Positions 19,385 to 30,287 of a DNA stretch of 64,000 nt are shown piece after piece (the stretch's first letter is position 1; every line of letters begins with the position of its first letter). Under the pieces are notes generated by a model. It saw nothing but the letters and a program-made list of their open reading frames with translations. It made no database searches and was not told the origin of the DNA. A program made the translations under genes and the position numbers. This stretch comes from Spirochaetaceae bacterium (GTDB taxonomy: Bacteria > Spirochaetota > Spirochaetia > DSM-2461): NCBI GenBank assembly GCA_965224705.1, contig OZ245056.1:1504001-1568000 (forward strand), given 5' to 3'.

Positions 19385-20131
19385 CTATCCGTCCATGAGT
19401 ATACGCAGCATTTTTTCATGATTATTCAGAAAATACTTCGCAACCGAAAAGTGTTCCGTCTCTTCATATTTCACGACATTTATCTCATCATCACCTAATT
19501 GGTATAATACTGCATCAGGGTATGCCATTATAATAGGCGAGTGAGTGGCGATAATGAACTGCGATCCCTTTGAAACAAGATCATTTATGCGCGTTAACAG
19601 TGCCATTTGCCTGTTAGGAGATAACGCCGCCTCCGGTTCATCCAGAATATAGAGGCCCTGACCACCGAACCTTTTCGTCACAAGAGACCAGAAAGATTCT
19701 CCATGGGACTGCTCATGAAGTGATACACCGCCATAGGAGTTAATAACGGGCGGCCCGAAGGAAAACTCTGCATCAAGCTTTTCTATTTCTGTAGCAACAT
19801 TAAAAAAACTCTCTGCCCGCAAAAAGTAGCCATCTCCCGGTCTTTTAACGCCTCGCGAAAGGCGAAGGTATTTCCAGAGGATTGAATGTGATTCACGAGT
19901 TCCGAATCTGAAATTTTTTGTTCCACCCTCTGGATTGAATCCCCAGGCTACTGCAATCGCTTCCAATAAAGTTGATTTACCATATCCGTTTTCACCAATA
20001 AAAAATGTAACTGCTGGATTCATCTCAAGCGACTCCAGCGATTTAACAGCGTTCAAACAAAAGGGGAATCTGTCAAATGACTCAATTTCATCACGTTTCA
20101 ACTTGACTTCAACCAGGTAGTGGTCTTCCAT
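19385..20131 (-). CDS. Stand-alone ABC/AAA_21-type ATPase
   Basis: GENGYGKST, SHGES, ILDEPEAALSP, IIATHSP. Confidence 0.88.
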   Translation of the reverse strand: MEDHYLVEVKLKRDEIESFDRFPFCLNAVKSLESLEMNPAVTFFIGENGYGKSTLLEAIAVAWGFNPEGGTKNFRFGTRESHSILWKYLRLSRGVKRPGDGYFLRAESFFNVATEIEKLDAEFSFGPPVINSYGGVSLHEQSHGESFWSLVTKRFGGQGLYILDEPEAALSPNRQMALLTRINDLVSKGSQFIIATHSPIIMAYPDAVLYQLGDDEINVVKYEETEHFSVAKYFLNNHEKMLRILMDG

Positions 20132-20143
20132 TACTATCCTCCC

Positions 20144-20521
20144 CTACGTGTCAAGAAGCATGATCAAGTTTCCGCATGTGTCCTCAAACAGGTTTTGAAT
20201 TTCCCATTGAGGCCTGGCAAGATCATCGCGAAATTTCACACCCCGGGATTCCAGCTTCCTTCTTCCCTCTTCCACACTGTCAACACTGAAGACGATGATT
20301 GGCAATCCAGCAGCATAAACATTTTCCTGGTAAGTCTTTGCAAAAGAATCACCGCGCGGCTCAAGGAGCAGCGAAGTTCCATCCGGCTCCTCCGGGGAGA
20401 CAACAATGGCGAGCTGCGCATCTGGGTCGAACTCTTTGGTTTGGAATCCGAGAACTTCCGTGTAAAATTTGTGCGCTTTGACCGGATCATCAACAAATAC
20501 GCTTGTCAATGCAATTTTCAT
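20144..20521 (-). CDS. VOC (glyoxalase/bleomycin resistance) family protein
   Basis: AHKFYTEVLGF, FEDTCGNLI. Confidence 0.88.
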   Translation of the reverse strand: MKIALTSVFVDDPVKAHKFYTEVLGFQTKEFDPDAQLAIVVSPEEPDGTSLLLEPRGDSFAKTYQENVYAAGLPIIVFSVDSVEEGRRKLESRGVKFRDDLARPQWEIQNLFEDTCGNLIMLLDT

Positions 20522-20544
20522 TCTTCCTCCAGGTACACAGAATG

Positions 20545-20563
20545 AAGTCCGACAGGCTCCTAG
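20545..20563. mobile_element. Solo IS1182-type terminal repeat
   Basis: AAGTCCGACAGGCTC followed by CTAG, which contains the stop codon of the nucleotidase gene. Confidence 0.6.
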
Positions 20564-22557
20564 TACATAATGCGCCTATCTTCGTTCCGGTCGGTTTCGG
20601 CGATGTTATAGCCTTCTCCCTCAGAGGGATGGAATGCCGCCAGGTATTCCGCCATGGCATCCTGTTCGCCGCCTGTGTAGCTGAAAGAGCTGTTCTTGCC
20701 GGGATCGGCGGCCAGATTTTCATCGGGATAGTCCGTTTCTTCGCCGTAGCCCTTACCTTCGTAGAGGTTCCGTCTTTCTGGATTGCTCAGTTTGTCGTAG
20801 GGGTAGGCATCGCCGCCGCCGGCCAGGAAGTTGAGAGTGACCAGTCGGAATACCCGGTCTTTATCGCCCTGGAGAGCGCCGCCGGAGACAACCGTGTCCC
20901 GCACCGCGCCGCTGCTGTCCAGAATTTCCAGGCTGGTGATGCGGCTGTCCGCTTCTCTGGACACATCAAAGGCCATTCGCATACCGCCGATCTGGGGGAA
21001 TTTGCCGGGAGTTTGGCCTTCGGCTGTTTCCGATATGCCATGTTCCAGAAGCATCACCAGCTCTTCGGCGGTGGCGTTGAGCGTACAAAGGCCGTTGTCA
21101 AAGCGGAGAGTGGCCTTCAGATGACCTTCGGAGATGCCTCCTCCCCTGGGAGCGGAGTATACCGCTTCGGAGTAATCGGTGGAACCCGGGGGAACCACGG
21201 CGGAACCGATTTCGGTTCGGATACCTCCGCCGTTCTTGAGGGAGATATCGACGGGAACATCGGAGAACAGGTTGGCATACCAGAGGTTGGCATCGGTGGA
21301 CAGGTTACCCAGGTTGGTCTCCTGGGTTCTCACCTGGGAACGGCGGCCGTCCAGATAGACTTTGGTGTAACCCACGATGTTGCGGAACTGGGCGTTGATG
21401 ACACTGTTTAGGGCGTCCCTGACGGCGACGAGCTTCTCATCGGGTGTGCCCCCCGCGGCCGCGGTGTTTTCCGGGGTGGAGGCGTAAGCGCCGTTCACTT
21501 CGCTGTCCAGGCTGTCCCGAACGACATACCCGTCCTCGTCGAAGGAAACGACCAGCCGTCCCAGGTATTTGTAGTCGCCATCCACATTGACCACCAGGGT
21601 GGGCATGCCGGCGGCGTCGGTCGTTTCGTAGGGGTAGTCCATGGTGAACGCATCGTCACCGGGGAAGAGGACGTCGGTCTTGTCGCCCATGCGGGTGTTG
21701 GAACCGCCGCCCACGATGATGTCCACGCCGGTGAGCAGTTCGGCCAGAGCCATCTCCACCTGGAGCTGCTGCATGTGGGTCAGAAGAATAATCTTGTTGA
21801 CCCCCATGGCGGTCAGCCTGTCAACTGACTTCTGAATAATCGCCGCCAGGGCGGCGGGGGATTTGTCGGATACGGGATTCACTTTGATGCCGCCCACGCT
21901 GGTTATCGTATCCAGAATGGGGGTGGAGGCCCCCACGAGACCAATTTTCTCGCCATTCACCTCAACAAAGGTGTAGGCGGCCACTTTTCCTTTCAGGTCG
22001 TCGGCGGAAGCCCCGTTTTCGCCCATGAGTTCTTTCGTGTCGTCATCGGTGCTCCAGTCCAGATTCGCGGAGAGGTAGGGGAAGAGGGCACCGGGGAATT
22101 CCACGCCGTCTTTGGATTCAGCTTTGATGGCATCGGCGAATTCGCCGGGACCCGCGTCCAGATCGTGGTTGCCCATGGCGGAAGCCTTGACACCCAGGTA
22201 ATTCATAAAGGCGATGTCCGCGTGTCCCGGTTCGTTGCTTCCGGTGACGGCACGGACGGCGCCCTGTTCAGCGGCGTAGAAGCGGGGCCCCGGAATCAGG
22301 TTGTCTCCGGTGCTGACCACCAGGGTGGATCCGCCGTATTCCGGATGGGCCTTGAAGCCGTTTACCAGGGCTGAAAATTCGTCAACAGCATCCAGGGCGG
22401 TTTCCTCGCTGCCGTCGATATCGGCGAAATGGAGCAGCTGCAGGGTGTAAGCAGCCGGTCCGGCCTTGTAGGAACTGACTTCAGCCCTGGTCTGACAACC
22501 GGCAAGCAGCAGGGCGGCCAGAGCGGCGGTCCAAAGAGACAGGTACCTTGTTTTCAT
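20560..22557 (-). CDS. Lipoprotein metallophosphatase/5'-nucleotidase
   Basis: Lipobox LLAG-C; HFAD, GD, GNHD, ETNLGNL, NGGGIR, FLAGGGDAY. Confidence 0.9.
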   Translation of the reverse strand: MKTRYLSLWTAALAALLLAGCQTRAEVSSYKAGPAAYTLQLLHFADIDGSEETALDAVDEFSALVNGFKAHPEYGGSTLVVSTGDNLIPGPRFYAAEQGAVRAVTGSNEPGHADIAFMNYLGVKASAMGNHDLDAGPGEFADAIKAESKDGVEFPGALFPYLSANLDWSTDDDTKELMGENGASADDLKGKVAAYTFVEVNGEKIGLVGASTPILDTITSVGGIKVNPVSDKSPAALAAIIQKSVDRLTAMGVNKIILLTHMQQLQVEMALAELLTGVDIIVGGGSNTRMGDKTDVLFPGDDAFTMDYPYETTDAAGMPTLVVNVDGDYKYLGRLVVSFDEDGYVVRDSLDSEVNGAYASTPENTAAAGGTPDEKLVAVRDALNSVINAQFRNIVGYTKVYLDGRRSQVRTQETNLGNLSTDANLWYANLFSDVPVDISLKNGGGIRTEIGSAVVPPGSTDYSEAVYSAPRGGGISEGHLKATLRFDNGLCTLNATAEELVMLLEHGISETAEGQTPGKFPQIGGMRMAFDVSREADSRITSLEILDSSGAVRDTVVSGGALQGDKDRVFRLVTLNFLAGGGDAYPYDKLSNPERRNLYEGKGYGEETDYPDENLAADPGKNSSFSYTGGEQDAMAEYLAAFHPSEGEGYNIAETDRNEDRRIMY

Positions 22558-22700
22558 GATGTTTCCTCCTATCGGAATTATTGATCAATTTCGTTCATAG
22601 TAGGGGAAATTATGCGTCCTGTCAATCCAGTATCCTTTCATGAGCAGGGCGGTCTCCCCGCATTCGATTCCGATTTTTTGCAGAACTCACAGGCCCATAT

Positions 22701-22914
22701 TAGGGCAATCGCATCTAAAATCCACTTATGAAAGCCTTATTCATGATTCTTAACCGCAGAGGACGCAGAGAGCGCAGAGTGATCAAGGTAATTATTCACA
22801 TCACAACGATAACAAAAAGTTGACAAATTCCTCCTATTGAAGGAAACTCCATTCGTTCCCCCAAAAATTAGTGTTTTTCATTTTTTTGGGATAGAATTAG
22901 ATGCGATTGCCCTG
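22701..22914 (+). mobile_element. ISAs1-type MITE (214 bp)
   Basis: AGGGCAATCGCATCTAA / TTAGATGCGATTGCCCTG IRs; almost identical to 34263-34476; degenerate TSD GGCCC(T)ATAT. Confidence 0.85.
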
Positions 22915-22964
22915 GGCCCTATATCCCCTTACATTTCCCCTCCAATTTCAATAGTATACGCTAG

Positions 22965-24569
22965 GAGTTTGTCGGACTTTAAGAGAATGCATAAAACGGT
23001 TACACTCAAAGTCATGTCATCAAAATTCGTCACTGTAGACAGGGAAACGCCCATGCTGTTTCCCCCGGATCTCCGGGAGTGGGTAAAGAAAGACAGTCTG
23101 GCCCATTACATAATAGATGCCGTGGATACCATAAACATACACAGTTTCTCTATTAACCAGAGAGACAGCGGCGATGCCCAATATTCACCGCGAATGATGC
23201 TGTGCCTGCTCATTTATTGTTATGCCACCGGGCGGTTCTCATCGCGCATGATAGAGGAGGCTACCTACAATGATGTGGCCGCACGCTATATATGCGGGGG
23301 AGACCATCATCCGGATCACGATACAATATGCACATTCAGGCGAAAAAATGGGGAGGCCATCAAGGAGGCGTTTGTCAAAGTCCTGATGCTGGCCAAAGAG
23401 ACGGGCATCATGAAGAAAGTGGGCGGCATCAGCATAGACGGGACGAAAATCAAGGCTAATGCAAGCAAACATTCGGCGGTCAGCTACAAGAGAGCGGGGC
23501 AGACGATCCGCCGATTGGAGCGGGAAATCGAAGAATTGATGAAAAAGGCGGAACAAGCCGATAGTACACCGCTGGAAGACGGTTTGACCATTCCTGAAGA
23601 GCTTTCAAGGCGAGAGGAGAGAAAGACGAAACTGAAAGAGGCCCAAAGAATAATAGAAGAAAGGTATGAACAGGAAAAAAAGGATAAAGAGGCAGAATAC
23701 GGGAAGCAGGTGGCGCACCGGGAGGAGATGAAGAAAGTCGGCAAGAAGGTGGGACGCAAGCCTGGGAAGCCCCAGGATGAAGAAGATCACCTTGATGGGA
23801 TGCAGGTGAATTTCACCGATGAAGAGAGCCGAATTATGAAGTGTGGAGGCGGCAATCACTATGAGCAATGCTACAATGCCCAGGCGGGGGTGGACACCGA
23901 GGGAAGCATGCTCATTCTTGGATCCTATATAACTAATCATACCAATGATAAGAAAGAACTTAATCCTGCTATCGATTCGGTTGATGCGGAAATCAGAGAG
24001 ATTGAGAGTGTCTGTGCTGATACAGGGTATTATAGCGAATATGCCGCAAGCACAGCCGAGAACGATGGAAAGGGTCCCAGGATATACTGCGCTGTTGAAA
24101 GAACCAAGCACCACTATGGCATTGAAGATGTTGAGAAAAAGGACGAGAAGGGACTTGATGAAGAGAATTGCACCACACAGGAAATAATGAAGCGCAGGCT
24201 GAAGTCCAAAGAGGGTAGGAAAAAATACAAAAAGAGGAAAGAAACCGTGGAGCCAGTCTTTGGCATAATTAAAGAGGTGATGGGATTTAGAAGTTTTCAC
24301 TTAAGAGGCCTGGAGAAGGTCAATCTGGAATGGCAGCTGGTAAGCCTTGCATACAATTTCAAGCGGATACACAGGATAGCTATGCCCCAAGCAGTGTAAA
24401 AAAGGAGAAAAGAGGTCTTTTTCTTCTGAAACCAGAGCAAAAGGCAACTGTTTTTGCCTGGATTAGGGGCAGCTACAGCCTTGTGCCAGATTTTTTTCAT
24501 AACGAATGAAGAAATGAAGAGAACTGGTTTAGCAGGCGGTTTTATTGAGAGCCTAAGTCCGACAGACTC
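22965..24569 (+). mobile_element. Complete IS1182-family insertion sequence
   Basis: IRs GAGTTTGTCGGACTT / AAGTCCGACAGACTC; CTAG on both flanks (22961-22964, 24570-24573). Confidence 0.9.
23014..24399 (+). CDS. IS1182-family DDE transposase
   Basis: SSRMIE, PDHDTICTFR, IDGTKIKANAS, ADTGY, RKETVEPVFG; uninterrupted ORF (alternative ATG at 22987). Confidence 0.92.
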   Translation: MSSKFVTVDRETPMLFPPDLREWVKKDSLAHYIIDAVDTINIHSFSINQRDSGDAQYSPRMMLCLLIYCYATGRFSSRMIEEATYNDVAARYICGGDHHPDHDTICTFRRKNGEAIKEAFVKVLMLAKETGIMKKVGGISIDGTKIKANASKHSAVSYKRAGQTIRRLEREIEELMKKAEQADSTPLEDGLTIPEELSRREERKTKLKEAQRIIEERYEQEKKDKEAEYGKQVAHREEMKKVGKKVGRKPGKPQDEEDHLDGMQVNFTDEESRIMKCGGGNHYEQCYNAQAGVDTEGSMLILGSYITNHTNDKKELNPAIDSVDAEIREIESVCADTGYYSEYAASTAENDGKGPRIYCAVERTKHHYGIEDVEKKDEKGLDEENCTTQEIMKRRLKSKEGRKKYKKRKETVEPVFGIIKEVMGFRSFHLRGLEKVNLEWQLVSLAYNFKRIHRIAMPQAV

Positions 24570-24618
24570 CTAGGTCCCCGCGGGATTTTTCCATTAGAAG
24601 CGTGGGTCCGAGGAGTTC

Positions 24619-24936
24619 CTACTCAGTATATAGGGTCCATCTATAACTGTCGCCATTACTAACAGTCACACTTCTTGAGGCGAACTCACTGTCCCAAGAA
24701 TCTCTCGCCGACATTGAAACAGTATAATCACCAGAACCATTCCATTCGATAGTCCAAGTATCTGAAGTATTGCCACTCATTATCCGACTGTTCCCATCAA
24801 TCGTCACAGTCAGGGCCCATCTAGTCTCATTCTTCACCTCAATTGTTGCCGACTTCTGAAAGAATTCACATCCTGAGAACAAGATCGCTACCATTACTAC
24901 CAACACAAAAAAGCAAAGATTCCGTTTTGATTTCAT
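24619..24936 (-). CDS. Small beta-rich lipoprotein
   Basis: Lipobox LFSG-C after a hydrophobic leader; AGGAG RBS. Confidence 0.7.
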   Translation of the reverse strand: MKSKRNLCFFVLVVMVAILFSGCEFFQKSATIEVKNETRWALTVTIDGNSRIMSGNTSDTWTIEWNGSGDYTVSMSARDSWDSEFASRSVTVSNGDSYRWTLYTE

Positions 24937-24994
24937 CTTCCATTCTCTCCTTGTGCCTAAGATACTTGGTTTAAAAAAAATATCAACAGGGTAC

Positions 24995-26674
24995 TAGACC
25001 GAAGTTTTGCCGAAGAAGTTAGTAATTCGCTATCAAGAAAAGATTTACAAATAAATTCTGTGTTGTTTACTACTTACACCTCCCTGTTCGCATGGGATTG
25101 TACTGTATGTTTAGCAACTCAAATACCTTTGTATGAAAAGGATTTAACTCACTTCCCTGCGAGTAGCAGGGGGCGTTATCCACGGCAGGTCGAATGTCGA
25201 TGATGGCTACAGCCGAAAGAGAATCAATAAGGGATCGAAAGCTCATCACGGGATATCCTTCTTCGTTGACTTTACGTTCTGCTTTGTGATTGCCATGAGG
25301 TGAACGCAAAGCCTTCCTGACAGGTGAGCTTTGCCTGCTCTTGTCTTGATACTCATCCATAAACAGCAGAGGTTTGAGTTTTTCCCTCATAGCAAACTCC
25401 ACGTAATAGGCAAGCAAGCACAGATAAAAGTGCCCTTTCACCCGACCTGCAAGACGATGATGAATGGGACGGGCCTGTAGTCCGGCTATTTTCAAGCCGC
25501 GAAACACCTCCTCCACTCGTTGAAGATTTTTGTAGTTCTCCACACTTTCTGGTGTTTGCATTCTATCGCTTTCCACATTGGTTCGCAGAATATAAATACC
25601 GTCACAGGCCTCTTCCTGTCCGATAGATTCTTCGTTTCGGGAAAACAAAAAGTCATCGTCCCTGATCTCTACATTGAAATGCTTGCCCATTTTATACTTT
25701 CCAATAATTCGGCCATATCGTTCGGCAATCTTCACTTTGCCCCGTAAAGCTCTTTTTTCCCTTCTTGCGGCTTTCTGGATGGCACATAATTTACCTTCAG
25801 CTGCACTCAACAGTTCCCGCCGTTTGTTCCTGCGTTCCTGAGCAAGATAAGGATTGCGGCACACGATAAGCCGTTCTCCGGGAAAGTCTTCGCTGTGTAT
25901 TTCCCATAAATCCGTTTCATTAAAGAGTTCCGGGGTAATACTCCGGGTACTAACCAGCTTCTTGACTGCTGAAGCACTCAAGGCTCCAAGCCATCTTATC
26001 CAGTCTCCATTGTCAAGCATCTCTTCTTTAATGTTTTTGGCTGTAACCATTCCCCGATCACCGACAAACACTATTGCTTTGCCCAGCTTCCTTAACTTTT
26101 CAAGCTGCTCTGCTACGGTAGTGCCGTCACTTCTGTTGCCCTTAAATACTTGAGCTCCAACCGGAACGTCGTATCGATTTGTCATGACACCTAACTCTAT
26201 TTGCCGTTTATCCCTTTTCCCGTCCCGGCTATATCCGCATTCAGCAAGTGAACAGTGAGAACCTTCATCCCAAAAGGAACTCAAGTCGTACAGCAAGATC
26301 GTATCATCCTTGAGAAGAGGTTTCCTTCGTGAACATTTTCTCCGGAGAGATAATTCTTGCCCCCTTAAGGAGAGCATGAAATCCTTCTCTAATTTCAGCA
26401 GACCAATCAGTGAGATTGGCTATTGTTGTAGTCGTGGGTTTTCCATTGACGCGGGTTGATTTTCGAAGGAGCCAACAGCCTGGAGAGTTTCTATTTTTGA
26501 TATACTGGATATACATATGCTGCATTATAGCATGTATTATTTATATGTCAAGCTATTAGTAATATGAAAATCCGTATTACATGCGTACATTTTTCGTCTT
26601 TTTCAGCGGTATATTCTTGTAACTTTTTTCAGAAAAAGAAATTAACTGGATTTTGCGCAAAAAACTTCGGTCTA
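24995..26674 (-). mobile_element. IS1634-family element, defective
   Basis: IRs TAGACCGAAGTTTT / AAAACTTCGGTCTA around a split transposase. Confidence 0.75.
25070..26516 (-). pseudogene. IS1634 transposase, frameshifted and probably internally deleted
   Basis: N-terminus MYIQ..TIANLT ends at 26304 in a different frame from LYDLSS..GYSRDGK..VGDRGM..YKNLQRVEEVFR. Confidence 0.8.
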
Positions 26675-26980
26675 ATCTATCCGCCAGCCTTTTAGCTTCC
26701 CTGGGATCAAATCTTTCATAAAGAGAGCCCGTGGAATGGGTGTTGAGGTTATCCATAACAAGATAATTTTTTCAGCATCGGGAAAATCACAATCAACAAG
26801 CTCCTTGATCTCTTCCGCCCATTCAACAATTCTTGTTTTCTTCTCTCTGATATTGGCCTTGCGCCAAGCCCCTAACGGCTGAACAAACAAATACGTTGGC
26901 TGTACCGTTTCTTTCATATTCATAATCATACTTGCCTACCTTTCCTGTCCGTATGGCAAAAGGAACTTTTGTCTCTTTTT
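26675..26980 (-). pseudogene. IS630-family transposase internal fragment
   Basis: YDYEYERNGTAN / QPLGAWR..WAEEIKELVD..PDAEKI pieces in shifting frames; cut by the IS1634 end. Confidence 0.7.
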
Positions 26981-27019
26981 TGTCCGTCAACAAGCAGAGT
27001 GTCCATTTGTTTCTGCCTT

Positions 27020-27079
27020 CAGCGCGGGGGGCTCGCGTCTAGCATCGGAGCGCATCAACAGCTCTTATTTGCAAAAACA
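27020..27079 (-). other. Truncated attC-like site downstream of the NACHT gene (inverse core CAAATAAG)
   Basis: TTATTTGCAAAAACA at 27065-27079 is the exact reverse complement of 29506-29520. Confidence 0.5.
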
Positions 27080-27125
27080 ACAATTCAGAAATGTCAATAG
27101 CAACATGGACGTTGATTGGCGTCTC

Positions 27126-29444
27126 CTATTCCTCGTTGATAATTCGTTTATACAGAACCGGATTCTTTCGAATTCTCCTCGAGATTTTCGCTGATAGGCC
27201 CTTGATTTCCTTCCGGTTTGCTTTCTCTTTCTCATCCTCCAATAGCTCGCAACGAAGGAAAAATTCTTCAAGTAATAATATGTCAGGATAGGTCTTAAAT
27301 ACCTCATCATTGTCGGCCAGATAATCTAGCTTGCCGTTATATGCAAGCAGTAAAGATACAACTAATAGGGAAATTGCGACATTTCTGTCAGTAATGTCTT
27401 TCGCCTTCAATGCGTCATGCACAGACTCGTAGATTTCTGTTAAGTATTTTGATCTGTAATGTAATGCGAACACTTCCATTAGCATTATATATTTAAGCAA
27501 CTTGGGTATTTTGAACTCCTCTGGGATGCTCGAAATGAAATCTTCGATACTATTTGCATACTCCGAGATTGACGCCTGCATCAGATCTTTACGAACACTC
27601 GCATCGGTTTTATAGGATGATTGAATTAAGTATCCAAAGTTCAACAGGTGAAGGAGCTTTTTTTCATCATTGAGATCCGACACTCGACCATATACTTGCT
27701 TTAGGAGATCTTCGTTTTCCTTACGAATGCCACAATAGAAATAAACAACCTGATCCCACCATCCCGATGGTAACAATTTTACGATATCGTTGATATCAGA
27801 TTTCAACGATATCTTTTTGGCGAAGAAATATTCTTGAAAGGATAAATGCCTGAACTCAAATTCCTCGTGCTCGTTCTGGCACAAAAGGTTGGTGTGATTA
27901 ACAAGTTCATCAAGCATTTTTTTCGTATCAAATGTTCTTCCGAGACGTTTTGAAGTCGTTCTAAATACCTCTTGAACTTCCTTTTCGGGACACGACAGTA
28001 CATTCTTCTGATGCATAAAAAAAGCCAAATCCTCTAAGAAAGTTTCTTTGTCGTTGGCTTTATAGAAGGATTCTACTCGTCTATCTAGATTCCATTTTCC
28101 TAATAGCAGATCCGTAAACATAGAGTACAATTCGGATAGATTTGACGGTATTTCAACGTTACTATCTGCATCAAAGAGTATAGCAAGTAAAGTAATAACC
28201 AATGGTGTGTTTGGAAGCTTGTCGAGGAGATTGTGATCCTTGAGATGCTCAACAAGTCTCTCTTTTTTGTTGGAAAACCATTTCCTCACGAAAGAACTAA
28301 TTTGCCGCATGGAGAAGTCGCCAACTTTCCAGGTTCTGTATTCTGATAGAGGATTAGTGGTCTGGAATTTATTGTTTCGCGAAGTTACTACTATGGTGTC
28401 AGCTATCTCTTCTATGTATTCAAGCATTGAGAAGAATGCATCCTTCTCGTTTTGTAGTGTTAATTCATCATAACCGTCAAGAAACACAATAATTTTGTTT
28501 TCGTTGAAGAGCTTATCCAATTCAGTAACGGAAATTGATTGCTCTTTGCTTACATACTCTTTGATGTGTTTTTCTGGAGTGCCTTTAAATTCCCGAACTA
28601 GGTTCTTCAATTTTATCAGTAATGGTATACGACCGACATTCTTAATCTCATAATCTGCGACAAGTCGAAGAGTTAGTGACCTCAAAAGTGTAGTCTTTCC
28701 TGCACCGGCATTCCCTTTAACTAAATAGTGTCCAGGTTTCTCAATCAGTTTTACCAAAGTAGATTTTGTATGTTTTACAGCTGGTTTCTTGTTCTCTATG
28801 ACCTCTTCTTTTCTTATTAGCTTAGGTTCTATGAAAATATCGGAAATTTTCCGTTCTTTCCCGTCATACAAAGAGATGTTATTTAATTCGTTTAATGATT
28901 CACACCTTGTCTTTAGTTGATGAAAATATCTTGATAGTGCTCCGCTTGATACTACATATGCCTCCGGCAGATATATGTCTAGATATCCAATAAGTTCATT
29001 CGTGTCAATATATTCTATATTCGAGAATTTTAGTTGATCTGCCATGTTTACAAAGGCTTCCCGTGCGGAATTGCTGATATTTCCGGAAGATGTCACAATA
29101 ATTGAATTAAAATGCACCTTCTTTTTTTCGAGAAGACTGTCATAGCCTGAATTAATCGTCATTCTGATCTGCTTTTCTACGTTAGCAATGATTTCCTTGT
29201 CCTTTGCACTTGTAGCATTGGTAATATCATCTTTCTTAACGATGACCGCCGTATATTCGTGTCGGTTAAATTTGTTTTTCGAAACAAGAACGATATCCTT
29301 TCCTTTTTCATCGTTCCCATGAGTATCAATCACCGCTTGGAATTCCATATTTCTAAAGAGGGGAATTAAGACTTCCTTGCGGAGGTAATTCTCGTTGGGA
29401 ATGTTCTTCAGGAATGCTGCTTTTTGTGATTGATTCAAGTTCAT
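27126..29444 (-). CDS. Restriction-endonuclease-like + NACHT (STAND) NTPase, putative anti-phage protein
   Basis: N-terminal HGNDEKGKDIV..VIVK; GNAGAGKTT, VFLDGYDE, TSR, NTPL, FRHLSFQEYF; AT-rich relative to flanks. Confidence 0.8.
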   Translation of the reverse strand: MNLNQSQKAAFLKNIPNENYLRKEVLIPLFRNMEFQAVIDTHGNDEKGKDIVLVSKNKFNRHEYTAVIVKKDDITNATSAKDKEIIANVEKQIRMTINSGYDSLLEKKKVHFNSIIVTSSGNISNSAREAFVNMADQLKFSNIEYIDTNELIGYLDIYLPEAYVVSSGALSRYFHQLKTRCESLNELNNISLYDGKERKISDIFIEPKLIRKEEVIENKKPAVKHTKSTLVKLIEKPGHYLVKGNAGAGKTTLLRSLTLRLVADYEIKNVGRIPLLIKLKNLVREFKGTPEKHIKEYVSKEQSISVTELDKLFNENKIIVFLDGYDELTLQNEKDAFFSMLEYIEEIADTIVVTSRNNKFQTTNPLSEYRTWKVGDFSMRQISSFVRKWFSNKKERLVEHLKDHNLLDKLPNTPLVITLLAILFDADSNVEIPSNLSELYSMFTDLLLGKWNLDRRVESFYKANDKETFLEDLAFFMHQKNVLSCPEKEVQEVFRTTSKRLGRTFDTKKMLDELVNHTNLLCQNEHEEFEFRHLSFQEYFFAKKISLKSDINDIVKLLPSGWWDQVVYFYCGIRKENEDLLKQVYGRVSDLNDEKKLLHLLNFGYLIQSSYKTDASVRKDLMQASISEYANSIEDFISSIPEEFKIPKLLKYIMLMEVFALHYRSKYLTEIYESVHDALKAKDITDRNVAISLLVVSLLLAYNGKLDYLADNDEVFKTYPDILLLEEFFLRCELLEDEKEKANRKEIKGLSAKISRRIRKNPVLYKRIINEE

Positions 29445-29505
29445 CTCGTTCTCCTACTTATTCAATACTTAAGTTGAGCTAAGGAAGGCGAGGCTGGAAA
29501 GATTC

Positions 29506-29614
29506 TGTTTTTGCAAATAACGACCCAAGCTTATCTGACGCTCAGTGTCCAGTGTAGCTGATCGGCGGCAATTCTGCAACCGCAAAATGGATGACAAAAC
29601 TGAATGTGTGCGAA
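29506..29614 (-). other. attC-like site upstream of the NACHT gene, interrupted by a group II intron
   Basis: Minus strand reads GCGTCAGATAAGCTTGGGTC-GTTATTTGC immediately before the gene leader. Confidence 0.5.
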
Positions 29615-30287
29615 GTGTGCCCAACATGACCAATATCCAGCGGGTGAAAATCCCACAAAGCCCTGATGGGGAGTATTTCAAACTTCATTGAAAAGAAACT
29701 GAAACTCGTTGTCAACGAGGAGAAGAGTAAGACAGAAAAGGCCGATGTTATCAAGTTTCTGGGTATGACTATTGTGGCCGGAATGATCACGATTTCGTCG
29801 GTGTCAATGAGCAGAGCCAATGATATGCTTTGTGAATTGATTCCCAGACGGACGAATCAGTCTATTGAGGCTACAGTGGAAAAGCTGAATATCTGGTACC
29901 GGGGCTGGAGCGGATATTACGGTATGACCGAAGATAAGCGCCAGCTTCAAAGGGTGGAAGCCCATGCCAGAAGGCGATTGAGATCCCGAATAGTGTATGA
30001 GCACAAGAGGCCCCGAAATCTGAAACGCACCCTGTTAAAAAGGGGAGTATCAGAGTATGCGGCCAATCGAATTATCAACAATAAGGGTATCTGGGCGACT
30101 TCAAGGAGTCCGGCTATGCACAAAGCTTTTCCCAATCGCTATTTCATTGAAGAACTCGGGCAGTTTATCTATTCAGCCTGAGACTGAAAGAAATTGGACA
30201 CATGCATGAGGAGCCGTGTACGGACCCGTACGCACGGTTCTGTGAGAGGACGGCATCCCTGCTTTCGCAGGGTGCCTCCTACTCGAT
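29615..30287 (+). mobile_element. Internally deleted group II intron (IIC-like)
   Basis: 5' end GTGTGCCCAACATG..GGGTGAAAATCCC; domain V GAGCCGTGTACGGACCCGTACGCACGGTTC (30211-30240); domain VI ending CCTACTCGAT at 30287. Confidence 0.8.
29666..30181 (+). pseudogene. C-terminal fragment of group II intron RT/maturase (RT7 + thumb/X)
   Basis: LKLVVNEEKS..KFLG..RGWSGYY..RRRLR; no YADD motif or upstream RT domains. Confidence 0.88.

Noticed and set aside
22837..23013. N-terminal extension of the IS1182 transposase in the ORF track
   Set aside because: Reads through a MITE and across the IS boundary
29666..30181. RT fragment as the DGR reverse transcriptase
   Set aside because: It has a group II maturase thumb, is followed by intron domains V-VI, and lacks the catalytic motif
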